This document shows, piece by piece, positions 39,086 through 49,103 of a stretch of DNA of 61,467 nucleotides. The notes under the pieces are model-generated. The model made no database searches. It saw only the letters and a program-made list of their open reading frames with translations, and was not told the DNA's origin. The position numbers and the translations under genes were made by a program. This DNA is from Bacteroidaceae bacterium. Lineage in GTDB: Bacteria; Bacteroidota; Bacteroidia; Bacteroidales; Bacteroidaceae. Position 1 is the stretch's first letter. The number at the start of each line of letters is the position of its first letter. Where the stretch lies: assembly GCA_963588695.1 (NCBI GenBank), contig CAVAIX010000001.1:1-61467 (forward strand), in the 5' to 3' direction.

Positions 39086-39220
39086 GAAAAAAAGAAAAAC
39101 TCCGTTTCTCTTTGCATTTCCCTCGGTTTGCACTACCTTTGACGCTTCGCGTCGAAGGTACTTGCGCTCGGAAATGCACAAATAAATTTGGCATTTCCCT
39201 CGCTTAATCGTACCTTTGCA
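39086..39220 (+). repeat. Composite palindromic promoter-bearing repeat, copy C (two units; mtaB promoter)
   Basis: TTTGCATTTCCCTCGGTTTGCACTACCTTTG, palindrome TACCTTTGACGC-TTC-GCGTCGAAGGTA, stem GAAATGCACAAAT-AA-ATTTGGCATTTC, then CCTCGCTTAATCGTACCTTTGCA. Confidence 0.75.
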
Positions 39221-39241
39221 GGACATTATATATAATAAGGT

Positions 39242-40591
39242 ATGATAGACACTTCGGCTTTTCAGGGAAAACGGGCGGTTTACTTCACTTTGGGCTGCAA
39301 ACTCAACTTCTCCGAGACATCCACCTTCGGCAAGATGCTGCAGGAGATGGGTGTGGTGACGGCGAAGGACGGCGAACGGGCTGACCTCTGCCTCGTCAAC
39401 ACGTGTTCGGTGACGGAGGTGGCTGACCATAAGTGCAGACAGGCCATCCATCGGTTGGTACGCCAGCATCCTGGGGCTTTCGTGGTGGTGACGGGCTGCT
39501 ACGCCCAGTTGAAACCGCAGACGGTGAGCGACATTGAAGGGGTCAGCCTGGTGTTAGGGGCTAACGAGAAGGCACAGCTCGTACAGTTTCTGTCCGAACA
39601 ATGGGGGGAGGCACTGGACGGGAAGGCTGCCCCGACAGACGCGCGCTACTACGTGCAGAAGACGAAGGACATCAAGAGCTTTGCGCCCAGTTGTTCGCGC
39701 GGCAACCGCACGCGCTATTTCCTGAAGGTGCAGGACGGTTGCGACTATTTCTGCACCTACTGCACCATACCTTACGCGCGCGGTTTCAGTCGCAATCCTA
39801 CCATCGCCTCGCTGGTGGAACAGGCCAAACAGGCGGCAGCGGATGGCGGTAAGGAAATCGTGCTGACGGGTGTGAACATTGGCGACTTCGGCAAGACCAC
39901 GGGGGAGCGGTTTCTTGACCTGGTACAGGCACTGGACGGCGTGGAGGGCATCTCGCGCTACCGCATCAGTAGTCTGGAACCCGACTTGCTGACGGACGAA
40001 CTGATAGACTACTGTGCGCAGAGTCGCGCCTTCATGCCCCACTACCACATCCCGTTGCAGAGCGGCAGTGACACGGTGCTGAAACTGATGCACCGCCACT
40101 ACGACCGCCAACTCTTTGCCGATAAGATCCAGCGCATCAAGGCGGTGACTCCCGATGCTTTTATCGGGGTGGACGTGATGGTGGGGTGCCGAGGCGAGAC
40201 ACCAGCGTGTTTCGAGGAAACCTACGACTTCCTGCAGTCGCTCGACGTCACGCAGCTGCACGTCTTCCCCTATTCCGAACGTCCAGGCACGGCGGCACTC
40301 TCCATTCCCTACATCGTGGCCGACGCGGACAAACGGGAGCGCAGTCGCCGTCTGTTGGAACTCTCTGACCAGAAGACGGAGGCGTTCTATCGGCAGTTTG
40401 TCGGGACGACCGCTGAGGTGCTGTTCGAGAAGGCTCCGAGAGGGAAGGCCATGCACGGCTTCACCCGTAACTACGTGCGCGTGGAACTGTCAGCTGCCGA
40501 GGCGCGCGAGGCACTCGACAACCAACTGATGATGGTGCGGCTGGGCGACTTCAACCGCGACCGCACGGCGTTGCGCGTCTCGCTGCAATAG
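39242..40591 (+). CDS. mtaB: tRNA t6A37 methylthiotransferase
   Basis: TLGCKLNFSET, VNTCSVT, VTGCYAQ, radical SAM GCDYFCTYC, LHVFPYSERPGT. Confidence 0.93.
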   Translation: MIDTSAFQGKRAVYFTLGCKLNFSETSTFGKMLQEMGVVTAKDGERADLCLVNTCSVTEVADHKCRQAIHRLVRQHPGAFVVVTGCYAQLKPQTVSDIEGVSLVLGANEKAQLVQFLSEQWGEALDGKAAPTDARYYVQKTKDIKSFAPSCSRGNRTRYFLKVQDGCDYFCTYCTIPYARGFSRNPTIASLVEQAKQAAADGGKEIVLTGVNIGDFGKTTGERFLDLVQALDGVEGISRYRISSLEPDLLTDELIDYCAQSRAFMPHYHIPLQSGSDTVLKLMHRHYDRQLFADKIQRIKAVTPDAFIGVDVMVGCRGETPACFEETYDFLQSLDVTQLHVFPYSERPGTAALSIPYIVADADKRERSRRLLELSDQKTEAFYRQFVGTTAEVLFEKAPRGKAMHGFTRNYVRVELSAAEAREALDNQLMMVRLGDFNRDRTALRVSLQ

Positions 40592-40644
40592 GCAATCTAT
40601 CTTTTTATTCACCCGACAAAGAACTGGACAAGACACCAACGAAG

Positions 40645-41664
40645 ATGGACAAATTAGCAATCGTGATTCTCAACTGGAACGGACAGCAGATGCTGTACCA
40701 ATACCTGCCCACCGTGCTGCAATATTCTAAGGACGACGCTGTGGTCTATGTGGCCGACAACGCCTCAACCGACCAGTCGCTGGAAATGTTGGCACGCGAG
40801 TTTCCGTCGTGTCGCGTCATTCGACTGGAGAAGAACTGGGGCTTTGCCGAGGGCTACAACAGGGCACTTCGACAGATAGAGGCGGAATACTACCTGCTGC
40901 TGAACTCCGACATCGAGGTGACGCACCACTGGCTCACACCGCTCTTGGAGTTCATGGACGTGCACCCTGAGGTGGCGGCCTGCCAACCCAAGTTGCTCTC
41001 CATCTTCAACCGCGACAGCTTTGAATATGCTGGTGCCAGCGGCGGCTTCCTCGACCGCTACGGCTACCCGTTCTGCCGGGGGCGCATCTTCGACACGGTG
41101 GAACAGGACGACGGGCAGTACGACTTCCGACAGGAGGTGCAGTGGGCCACGGGTGCGGCCATGATGATTCGCGCAGCCGACTACTGGGCGGTGGGCGGAC
41201 TGGACGGACGCTTCTTTGCGCACAGCGAGGAGATAGACCTGTGCTGGCGACTGCGCATCAAGGGGCGCAAGATCTACTGCTTGCCCGAGAGTGTTGTCTA
41301 TCATGTGGGGGGCGGCACACTGCCTAAGAGCAACCCAATGAAGACCTTCCTAAACTTCCGCAACAACCTAACGATGCTCTACAAGTGTCTGCCAGAGGCG
41401 GAACTGCGACGGGTGATGTTGGTGCGCTGGGTGCTGGACTATGTGGCCGCGTGGAAGTCGCTCTTGTTGGATCATCACGTGGGCGAGTTCTTAGCGGTCT
41501 ACCGGGCGCGCCACGCCTTCCGCCGCTGGCGTAAGGACTTTGCTGCCGACCGAAAAAACATCCAGGCCAGCAGGAGTGCTGCCAGCCTGGAGGATGTCTG
41601 TCGTTTTAGTGTACTCTGGCAGTATTATGCCAAGAGCCGCAAACGCTATTCTGATTTTTTCTGA
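40645..41664 (+). CDS. Glycosyltransferase family 2
   Basis: IVILNWNG, VADNASTD, NWGFAEGYN, LLNSD, EEIDLCWR, YHVGGG. Confidence 0.9.
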   Translation: MDKLAIVILNWNGQQMLYQYLPTVLQYSKDDAVVYVADNASTDQSLEMLAREFPSCRVIRLEKNWGFAEGYNRALRQIEAEYYLLLNSDIEVTHHWLTPLLEFMDVHPEVAACQPKLLSIFNRDSFEYAGASGGFLDRYGYPFCRGRIFDTVEQDDGQYDFRQEVQWATGAAMMIRAADYWAVGGLDGRFFAHSEEIDLCWRLRIKGRKIYCLPESVVYHVGGGTLPKSNPMKTFLNFRNNLTMLYKCLPEAELRRVMLVRWVLDYVAAWKSLLLDHHVGEFLAVYRARHAFRRWRKDFAADRKNIQASRSAASLEDVCRFSVLWQYYAKSRKRYSDFF

Positions 41665-42911
41665 CGCGCCTGGACGCTCACCACAACGGGGTGGGTGAGG
41701 TCTTGCTTCCAGTTGCGCAGGCTTTCAAACCACGCCTCAGCGGAGTGGAAGCCGAAGGTCTCGTTGTCTGAGCAGAACGTGATATGGTAGCGCATGGCTT
41801 TGTCGATGCGACCGATGACGAAGGGATAGTTGTCCTTGTCTGCGGGCAACTCGCTGACGATGTGTGTCTGGGGCAGACAGATGCCAAGTCCCACCGTCTC
41901 GCGCTTGTGGCCGACGGAGTCTTTGGCCGACACGGGCCAGTCGGTGCCCCAGCAGCCGCGCAGTCCCTCACGGTCGGAATATTCCTTGGAGTCTTTCACG
42001 TTGATGAGTCCAGTGGCAAACTGGTGGTTCTTCACGCTCTGTCGGAAAGTGACGTCCACCTGGCAGTCGCGGCGACCAGCATAGAGGGTGTAGCGTAGGG
42101 TCATGGTGACGGGGTAGGGGTGGAAGGCGTTGCGTCCTTCCGCGTCGTCCTTCCAACCGTCGTCCACCACTTCAACGACGGTGCGCACAGGGCCGCTGCT
42201 GACGATGCGCTCCGTGCGGTGAGCCACGTCGGTGAGCATCCGGGGCTGTTGCCCGTCCCAGCCGCGCAGCGTGCCCACTCCGAAGGTGTTGCCCACCCAG
42301 AGCACGTCGTCGCCGTAGCCTGCCTCTTTCTGCTGGCGGTCGGGATAGAACTGCGTCTCTTTCAGTTCCAGTCCCTTGCGGCACTTGCCGTAGATGTCAA
42401 CGGTCTGTCGGTGGTCGAAATAGATGCGGTAGGCGGTCAGCTCGCTCTCGAAGGCTGGACCGTGGTGGTGCAGCTGGTTGTAGGGGTTGGTGCCGTTCTC
42501 AACGGTCAGACTGCGGATATACAGGTTTTGTTTGTTGCTCTCCTTGATCTTCTTGTTGCTCAGCATCATGTCAGCGTACACCTGCGGCTGGTAGGTGCGG
42601 GGCGTTCCGTGGTCGAGCAGTTCCACGGTGTAGAAGGCTGTGGCCTTCGCGCCCACTTCGGCCACGAAGCAAAGCTCGTCGTAGGTGCCGTCGCCGTTGA
42701 GGTCGTCCAACTGTGAGGCGATCTCCACGCCGTTGTGCTTGACGATGGCCTGTCGGATGTCCGTGCCGTAGGGCGCGAGGCTAATCACTATGGGTTGTGC
42801 GGCACGCTCCGCTTTCAAGGGGTTCTTCACCGTGATGTCCAGTAGCTGCTGTGCTGCGATGGTGCAGCACGAGAGGGCGCAGAGGACGAGGGTTGCTGTG
42901 GTTCGTTTCAT
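41646..42911 (-). CDS. Secreted DUF4861-type protein
   Basis: Signal peptide; SQLDDLNGDG, HHGPAFESELTAYRIYFD, DIYGK, YGDDVLWVG. Confidence 0.75.
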   Translation of the reverse strand: MKRTTATLVLCALSCCTIAAQQLLDITVKNPLKAERAAQPIVISLAPYGTDIRQAIVKHNGVEIASQLDDLNGDGTYDELCFVAEVGAKATAFYTVELLDHGTPRTYQPQVYADMMLSNKKIKESNKQNLYIRSLTVENGTNPYNQLHHHGPAFESELTAYRIYFDHRQTVDIYGKCRKGLELKETQFYPDRQQKEAGYGDDVLWVGNTFGVGTLRGWDGQQPRMLTDVAHRTERIVSSGPVRTVVEVVDDGWKDDAEGRNAFHPYPVTMTLRYTLYAGRRDCQVDVTFRQSVKNHQFATGLINVKDSKEYSDREGLRGCWGTDWPVSAKDSVGHKRETVGLGICLPQTHIVSELPADKDNYPFVIGRIDKAMRYHITFCSDNETFGFHSAEAWFESLRNWKQDLTHPVVVSVQARQKKSE

Positions 42912-42960
42912 ATAGATGGTCTTTGTTCGTTTGTCTTTGAAAAGGGGAAAAAAGAAAGTA

Positions 42961-43319
42961 GACAGTGTCTCTATAAGCCGGGTTCTGTGCCTTGCCGAGG
43001 CAAGGTGTCTGCCATTTATCTACTACGCAAGTCGCCCTGCGTCTCCAGCATTCTACCCTCCATCGTTGTTACTCGGGCGGACAACCCTCAGACGATGGTT
43101 TACATGAACTTGCAGCTCCCAGATGGAACAGCCCGACGGTCACCCGCCGACTGGTGGTCTCTTACACCACCTTCTCACCCTTGCCCTTGCGGGCGGTCAT
43201 TCTCTTCTTCCAGATCCAGCTGTCGCCAACTGCTTCTATTTTCGGAAGTGGGATGTCCTGTGCTGCCCGGACTTTCCTCTCGCACCGCAGGGGTGCCAGC
43301 GGCAGACCGAAACACTGTC
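42961..43319 (-). ncRNA. rnpB: RNase P RNA (bacterial type A)
   Basis: Minus strand contains GAGGAAAGTCCGGGC near the 5' end and ACAGAACCCGGCTTA near the 3' end; P1 formed by GACAGTGT/ACACTGTC. Confidence 0.96.
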
Positions 43320-43333
43320 CACTGTCTCTTCTG

Positions 43334-43765
43334 TTATGGTTCTGCCTCCTCGAGGTTGACTGCCGAGAACTGGAAATCGCTGGCGTGGAGGTATTTTATG
43401 TCGTATTTCCGTTTGGACTTCGAGGTGTACTGCTTCCGCATCTTGATGTATTTCTTCTCCGCGTCTTCTTTCTTGAGGGCGAAGAACACGATGCAGACCC
43501 TGTTGGGCTGCTGCTGTTCAGCGAGATAGTCTTTGAACTGGTGGGAGTACTGCTCGCGCCCTAACAGAAACTTCGTCTTGCTGTCTATCCAGACGCTGTC
43601 CATCTCCTGTACGTCGGTCATGTAGATGACGGAGTCCTGAAACGAAGCCGAGAAGCCGAACATATAGACCTTGGGCTGCTTGACGTTCTTGGCATTGACG
43701 GTCAAGGACATTGTTGCTGCCGTGAGCAGCAGTAAGAGTGTTTTTATCGTTGTCGTTGTTTTCAT
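43334..43765 (-). CDS. Secreted hypothetical protein
   Basis: Signal peptide; [13 protein letters not shown]; overlaps the sigma-factor stop (translational coupling). Confidence 0.75.
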   Translation of the reverse strand: MKTTTTIKTLLLLLTAATMSLTVNAKNVKQPKVYMFGFSASFQDSVIYMTDVQEMDSVWIDSKTKFLLGREQYSHQFKDYLAEQQQPNRVCIVFFALKKEDAEKKYIKMRKQYTSKSKRKYDIKYLHASDFQFSAVNLEEAEP

Positions 43766-44625
43766 TGTCCTAAATAGGATTTTAACATGCTGTTGTTCGT
43801 ATTGTTACGTAGCCTTCTGATGGCTTTTTCTTTGATCTGCCGCACCCTTTCGCGCGACAGACCGTATTTCGTGCCCACCTCTTCCATGGTCAGCTCTGGG
43901 GTGTTGATGCCGAAGAGGGCTTCTATCACCTCGCGCTCTTTGTGGGAGAGCGACTTGAGGGCGACGGCAATCTCTGTCCGCAGTGATTCCAACACCAGTT
44001 CTCGGTCGGCCATGGGCGAGTCGGTGTCCTCCATCACGTCGATGAGGCTACTGGTGTCGCTGTCGGAAAACGGGGCGTCCATCGACACGTGGCGCACGTG
44101 GGCGTTGAGTGCCCCGTCTATCTTGTCTTCGGGCAGGTCGGTGATCTGTGTCAGCTCCTCCACCGAGGGCTTTCGCTCGTGTTCCTGCTCGAACTTGTTG
44201 ACCTCCTGACTCACCTTGCTCAGCGCGCTCTGCTGGTTCAGCGGCATCCGCACCAAGCGGCTCTGCTCCGCAATGGCCTGCAGAATGCTCTGCCTGATCC
44301 ACCAGACGGCGTAGGAGATGAACTTGAAACCGCGCGTCTCGTCAAACTTCTCGGCGGCCTTGATGAGTCCGATGTTGCCCTCGTCGATGAGGTCGGGCAG
44401 CGACAGCCCCCTGTTCTGGTATTGCTTGGCCACCGAGACCACGAAGCGCAGGTTGGCTTTCGTCAGCTTCTCCAGGGCGCGCTTGTCGCCTTTCTGGATG
44501 CGTCGAGCCAGCTCCACCTCTTCATCCACCGTGAGCAGGTCTTCCTTGCCGATTTCCTGCAGGTACTTCTCAAGCGATTCACTCTCCCGATTGGTGATGG
44601 AGGTGCTGATCTTCAGTTGTCTCAT
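43762..44625 (-). CDS. RpoD/SigA-family sigma-70 factor (Bacteroidota type lacking region 1.1), possibly a paralogue of the primary sigma
   Basis: MRQLKI start, [54 protein letters not shown]; minus-strand TACCTTTG promoter at 44651-44658. Confidence 0.92.
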   Translation of the reverse strand: MRQLKISTSITNRESESLEKYLQEIGKEDLLTVDEEVELARRIQKGDKRALEKLTKANLRFVVSVAKQYQNRGLSLPDLIDEGNIGLIKAAEKFDETRGFKFISYAVWWIRQSILQAIAEQSRLVRMPLNQQSALSKVSQEVNKFEQEHERKPSVEELTQITDLPEDKIDGALNAHVRHVSMDAPFSDSDTSSLIDVMEDTDSPMADRELVLESLRTEIAVALKSLSHKEREVIEALFGINTPELTMEEVGTKYGLSRERVRQIKEKAIRRLRNNTNNSMLKSYLGQ

Positions 44626-44702
44626 AAGCGTTCTAGGTTTTGTCTGCCTGCAAAGGTAGAGTTTTTTTTTCGAACAACCAAACAAACGCTTTGTTTTTCG
44701 CG

Positions 44703-45929
44703 CTATTTTCCGCAGAGGCGTTGCAGTCTGATGACGGCCTGGTTGTAGTCGTTGATGGCGGCGGCACATTTCTGGTGGACGGCAATCTCGTCGCGCAGGA
44801 TGCCGACATACTCCACATAGCCCATCTCGCCTTGCTCGTATTCGGCGGTGGCGAGCCGCACCAGTTCGTCGTTCCACAGCCGACCGTCTTTCGTGTAGAA
44901 CGCCATGCGTTGGCGAGCCGCCTCACACTGGTTGAGCAGGGTGCGGTACTCGGTCTCGCGTCGGCGCGCTTCCGCTCCTGCTTGTAACTGCAACTGCTCG
45001 CGCTCGGCCTTGGCGGCCTTGACGCGGGCCTTGGTGGCACCATAGAACAGGGGAATACCCACCCCGACCTCAAAACCCATGAAGTTGCCACCGTCGAAGC
45101 GGCTGCGGTCTTGATGGTAGGGGTTCCACGCACTGATGACCATCTGGTTGCGCAGGGAGAGGGACAGGGTGGGGGCGTAGCCGCCCTTTTCCACGCTGAC
45201 CTGACGCTCGGCGGCTTCCAGCCGGTCACTGGTGAGTCGCCCCTCGGCACTTTGTGGATAGTTGTAGGTGGGCAGGGCGTAGCTGACGGCCGTCAGTGTC
45301 TCGTCCGCTGGAGCGACAGGCTCGTCCGTGCCGAGGGTCTGCATCAGTTGGAGACGTGCCGCCTCGACTTCGCTCTCTGCCTGAATGAGGTCTAACTGGC
45401 TCTCGCGTTGCAGTCGCTCGGCGTTGAGGAGCTCGCGCCGCCCCGTCTCACCAGCCTCCAACCGCCTGCTGACCACCGCATGATAGCGTGCGAGGATGCT
45501 GTCCTGCCGATGTAGGTTGCGCAGACATTGTTCCCGGAACACCAACTGGTAGTAGGCCGAGGCCACGTCAGCCTCCACCTCCTTGCGCACCACGTCGAGT
45601 TGGCTGCGCTGTGCCTGCGTCTCGGCCTTCAACTGTCGACTCCGCGCCAGATAGACCGTAGGGAAGTCGATGCGCTGCGTGACGGCCACGGCATTGTCGG
45701 GACTGCCACCCGACGTAGGGTCTTGCGAGAGCGACAACTCGGTCTTGTCTAAGTTCCAGGCTGTGCCTTGCAGTGCCTGCGTCCGTTCCAGTTGTTTTCG
45801 CGCCGCCTGCAGGGTTGTGTTCTGTTCCAAAGCCAAGCTGATACAGTCCTGTAGCGACAGGTGGTGCTGCTGGGCTGTGGCCGTTGTGGTCGTCAGGGCA
45901 GCCACTGCAATGAGGATGATGTTTCGCAT
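44703..45929 (-). CDS. TolC/CzcC outer-membrane efflux protein
   Basis: Signal peptide, [22 protein letters not shown]; last gene of an RND operon. Confidence 0.88.
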   Translation of the reverse strand: MRNIILIAVAALTTTTATAQQHHLSLQDCISLALEQNTTLQAARKQLERTQALQGTAWNLDKTELSLSQDPTSGGSPDNAVAVTQRIDFPTVYLARSRQLKAETQAQRSQLDVVRKEVEADVASAYYQLVFREQCLRNLHRQDSILARYHAVVSRRLEAGETGRRELLNAERLQRESQLDLIQAESEVEAARLQLMQTLGTDEPVAPADETLTAVSYALPTYNYPQSAEGRLTSDRLEAAERQVSVEKGGYAPTLSLSLRNQMVISAWNPYHQDRSRFDGGNFMGFEVGVGIPLFYGATKARVKAAKAEREQLQLQAGAEARRRETEYRTLLNQCEAARQRMAFYTKDGRLWNDELVRLATAEYEQGEMGYVEYVGILRDEIAVHQKCAAAINDYNQAVIRLQRLCGK

Positions 45930-45968
45930 AATATCTGGTGTTCTATATATAATAAGGTGTAGGTAGGA

Positions 45969-48900
45969 TTAATGCTTGGTAAACGTGCGGTAGACGGCGG
46001 GCAACACGAGCAAGGTGAGAAGGGTGGCTGTGACGAGACCACCGATGACCACCGTGGCCAGTGGCCGCTGCACCTCTGCACCATCGCCCGTGGAGAGGGC
46101 CATGGGCAGGAAACCCATGGAAGCCACGAGGGCGGTCATGAGTACGGGGCGCAGGCGCACCATGCAGCTGCGGATGATGCGCTGATCCACATCCGCCACA
46201 CCTTCGCGCTGCAACTGGTTCATCTGTCCTACTAACACGATGCCGTTGAGCACGGCCACACCAAACAGGGCGATGAAGCCCACACCAGCCGAGATGGAGA
46301 AGGGCATTCCTCGCAGCCACAAGGCCCACACACCACCGATGGAAGCCAACGGAATGGCGGAGAAGACGAACAAGGCCTCGCGCACGTTCTTCACCGTGGC
46401 GTAGAGCAGCAATAGGATGACTAACAGCGCGATGGGCAACACAACGGACAGGCGGTCGATGGCCTGTTGCAGGTTCTGAAACTCGCCACCGTAGGTGTAG
46501 TAATAGCCTTCTGGCAACTGTACCTTGTCGGCCATCAGTTGCTCGATTTCACGAACCGTCGACTGCACGTCGCGCCCCTTGACGTTGAATCCCACGTAGA
46601 TGCGACGCTCACCGTCTTCATGGGAGACCTGTGCTGGAGCAGGCTCCTCCACGATGTCGGCCAACTGCTCCAGGGGCACGGTAAGGCCGTTGCCCACGGG
46701 GACGGGTAGCCGACGGAGAGATTCCACCGTGCGCTGCTCTTGACCGAGGCGAACCACCACGTCAAACTTCTTCTCGCCCTCATAGACCGAACCTGCGGTA
46801 GCACCGGCAAAGGCGGTCTCTAACACGCGGTTGGCCTCGTCGACGCGCACCCCGTAGGCCGCCATGCGCTGGCGGTCGTAGCGCACCTGTATCTGTGGCA
46901 GCCCCGACACCTGTTCCACCTGTACGCCGCTCACGCCGCGCACCTGCTTCACTAAGGCGGCAATCTTGTCAGCCTGCTGCCGCAACACATCGAGGTCTTC
47001 GCCAAACACCTTGATGGCCACGTCCTGTTTGATGCCCGTCAGCAACTCGTTGTTGCGCATCTGTATCGGCTGCGTCAGCTCGGCTTCCATACCTGGAATT
47101 TGCTCCAGTGTCTCGGACATCATCGCCATCAACTGGTCGGTGGTCTTGGCTGAGGTCCACTCGGCCTTGGGCTTCAAGGCCACCATGATGTCGGCGCGCT
47201 CCACAGGCATTGGGTCTGTGGGAATCTCCGCACTGCCGATACGGCTCACCACCTGTTTTACCTCTGGAAACTTCGTCTTGAGTAGCCGCTCCGCCTTGCT
47301 GCAGCTCTCTACCATCTGCGAGAGTGACGTGCCTTGCACCATACTCATCTCAATGGCAAAGTCGCCCTCCTCTAACGTGGGGATGAACTCGCCGCCTAAG
47401 AACTTGAACGCCACACCGCTGACGCAGAACAGGGTCACGGCAGCCGTGATGACGTCTCTGCGCCGCCGCAGTGTCCATTCCAACAGGGGCAGATACAGGG
47501 CTTGCAACCGAGACAATAGTCGGTCGGAGAGTGTCTCTTTCGTATGTATGGTACGGCTCAGAAAAGTGCAACTGGCCATTGGCACATAGGTGAGGGACAG
47601 GATGAAGGCACCGAGAATGGCGAAGAACACGGTCAGTGCCATGGGGCGGAACATCTTGCCTTCAATGCCGGTCAGTGCCATCAGTGGCACGTAGACAATC
47701 ATGATGATGATCTCGCCGTAGGCCGCACTCTGTCGGATGCGCGAAGCAGCACAGTGCACCTCGTGGTTCATCTCTGCGCGGCTCAGCCGCAGGGACGGGT
47801 ATTTGTCCGCGCTACCATTGACGTGCGTCACCACCGCCTCAACGATGATGACGGCCGAGTCGACAATCATGCCGAAGTCGACAGCCCCGAGACTCATCAG
47901 GTTACCGTCAATGCCGAAAGTGTACATCATGCCGAAGGCAAAGAGCATACTCAGTGGAATGACACTGGCCACCACGATGCCTGCGCGCCAGTTGCCGAGG
48001 AAGAGTATCAGCACGAAGATGACAATCAGACCGCCTACGGTGAGGTTGTGGGCAATGGTGTGTTCCACGCGCTCCACCAAGTTGGTGCGGTCGATGAACG
48101 GTTCGATGACGATGCCATCGGGCAATGATGCCTGGATCTGATTGATGCGCGCCTTGACGCGCTGGCTGACTTCCTGGAAGTTCTCTCCTTTCAGCATGAT
48201 GGCAATGCCTGCCACCACCTCGCCAGTGCCGTTGCGCGTCACCGCACCGAAGCGCATGGCGTGTCCCTGTTGTACGTTGGCCACATCGCCCACGCGCACC
48301 ACGCGGCCGTCCTTCGTCTTGACAGCCACCTGTCGCAGGTCGTCGGCGGAAGTCAGCACGCCCAAACCGCGGATGTAGTATTGGTTGGATTCCTGCTCAA
48401 TATAGCTGCCACCAGTGTTGGCATTGTTCTGCTGCAGGGCCTCAAACACGTCGCTGATGGTCAGGCCGAAGGCCGACAGTCGGTCGCTCTCCACCGCCAC
48501 CTCATACTGTTTGACGTAGCCGCCCCAGCCGCTCACCTCAGCCACACCAGGCGTTCCAGACAGTTGCTTGCGCACAATCCAGTCTTGCATGGTGCGCAGT
48601 TGGGTCAGCGTGTACTGGTCTTCGTAGCCTTCTTTGGCGCGGATGGTGTAGTGGTAGATCTCGCCCAAGGCTGTGGCGATAGGTCCCATCTCGGTGTCGG
48701 TGTTGGTGGGCAGGTCTTTCGCGACGTCCGTGAGCACTTGGCTGACCTGCGACCGTGCCCAGTAGATGTCGGCGGCATCGTCGAAGACCAGCGTGATGAC
48801 GGAGAGGCCACTGCGCGAGATGCTGCGGCGCTCCACCAGTCGCGGCACATTAGCCAACGCCATCTCAATGGGTGTGGTGATGTATTGCTCCACCTCCTGC

Positions 48901-49073
48901 GCACCCAGTGCTGGGGCTTGTGTGATGACCTGCACTTGGTTGTCGGTGATGTCGGGCGTGGCGTCAAAGGGAAGATGCAGCAGTGACACAATGCCCCATA
49001 CGGCCATAGCCACGGTGAGGAGACCTGTCGTCAGTTTATGGCTGACGGAAAAATCGATCAGTTTCTGAAACAT
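45969..49073 (-). CDS. czcA: CusA/CzcA heavy-metal RND efflux permease
   Basis: DATPDITDNQVQV, GNLMSLGAVDFG, GIEGKMFRPMA, VGFIALFGVAVLNG, RLRPVLMTA, GAEVQRPLA. Confidence 0.93.
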   Translation of the reverse strand: MFQKLIDFSVSHKLTTGLLTVAMAVWGIVSLLHLPFDATPDITDNQVQVITQAPALGAQEVEQYITTPIEMALANVPRLVERRSISRSGLSVITLVFDDAADIYWARSQVSQVLTDVAKDLPTNTDTEMGPIATALGEIYHYTIRAKEGYEDQYTLTQLRTMQDWIVRKQLSGTPGVAEVSGWGGYVKQYEVAVESDRLSAFGLTISDVFEALQQNNANTGGSYIEQESNQYYIRGLGVLTSADDLRQVAVKTKDGRVVRVGDVANVQQGHAMRFGAVTRNGTGEVVAGIAIMLKGENFQEVSQRVKARINQIQASLPDGIVIEPFIDRTNLVERVEHTIAHNLTVGGLIVIFVLILFLGNWRAGIVVASVIPLSMLFAFGMMYTFGIDGNLMSLGAVDFGMIVDSAVIIVEAVVTHVNGSADKYPSLRLSRAEMNHEVHCAASRIRQSAAYGEIIIMIVYVPLMALTGIEGKMFRPMALTVFFAILGAFILSLTYVPMASCTFLSRTIHTKETLSDRLLSRLQALYLPLLEWTLRRRRDVITAAVTLFCVSGVAFKFLGGEFIPTLEEGDFAIEMSMVQGTSLSQMVESCSKAERLLKTKFPEVKQVVSRIGSAEIPTDPMPVERADIMVALKPKAEWTSAKTTDQLMAMMSETLEQIPGMEAELTQPIQMRNNELLTGIKQDVAIKVFGEDLDVLRQQADKIAALVKQVRGVSGVQVEQVSGLPQIQVRYDRQRMAAYGVRVDEANRVLETAFAGATAGSVYEGEKKFDVVVRLGQEQRTVESLRRLPVPVGNGLTVPLEQLADIVEEPAPAQVSHEDGERRIYVGFNVKGRDVQSTVREIEQLMADKVQLPEGYYYTYGGEFQNLQQAIDRLSVVLPIALLVILLLLYATVKNVREALFVFSAIPLASIGGVWALWLRGMPFSISAGVGFIALFGVAVLNGIVLVGQMNQLQREGVADVDQRIIRSCMVRLRPVLMTALVASMGFLPMALSTGDGAEVQRPLATVVIGGLVTATLLTLLVLPAVYRTFTKH

Positions 49074-49103
49074 AGAGAAGGAAGGTTTTTTGCCAGTTAG
49101 GGG

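Noticed and set aside
42987..43564. Plus-strand ORFs of 180-190 aa
   Set aside because: Antisense to RNase P RNA and the neighbouring gene
44626..44877. N-terminal extensions in the ORF track for the sigma factor (likewise gmd, glnS, vorB, DUF4270, mmdC)
   Set aside because: They overlap upstream genes or promoters; conserved N-termini begin at the downstream ATGs used above
45930..45968. Broken CzcA-TolC fusion (pseudogene)
   Set aside because: The TolC gene has its own ATG and signal peptide, and CzcA ends normally after its last TM helix
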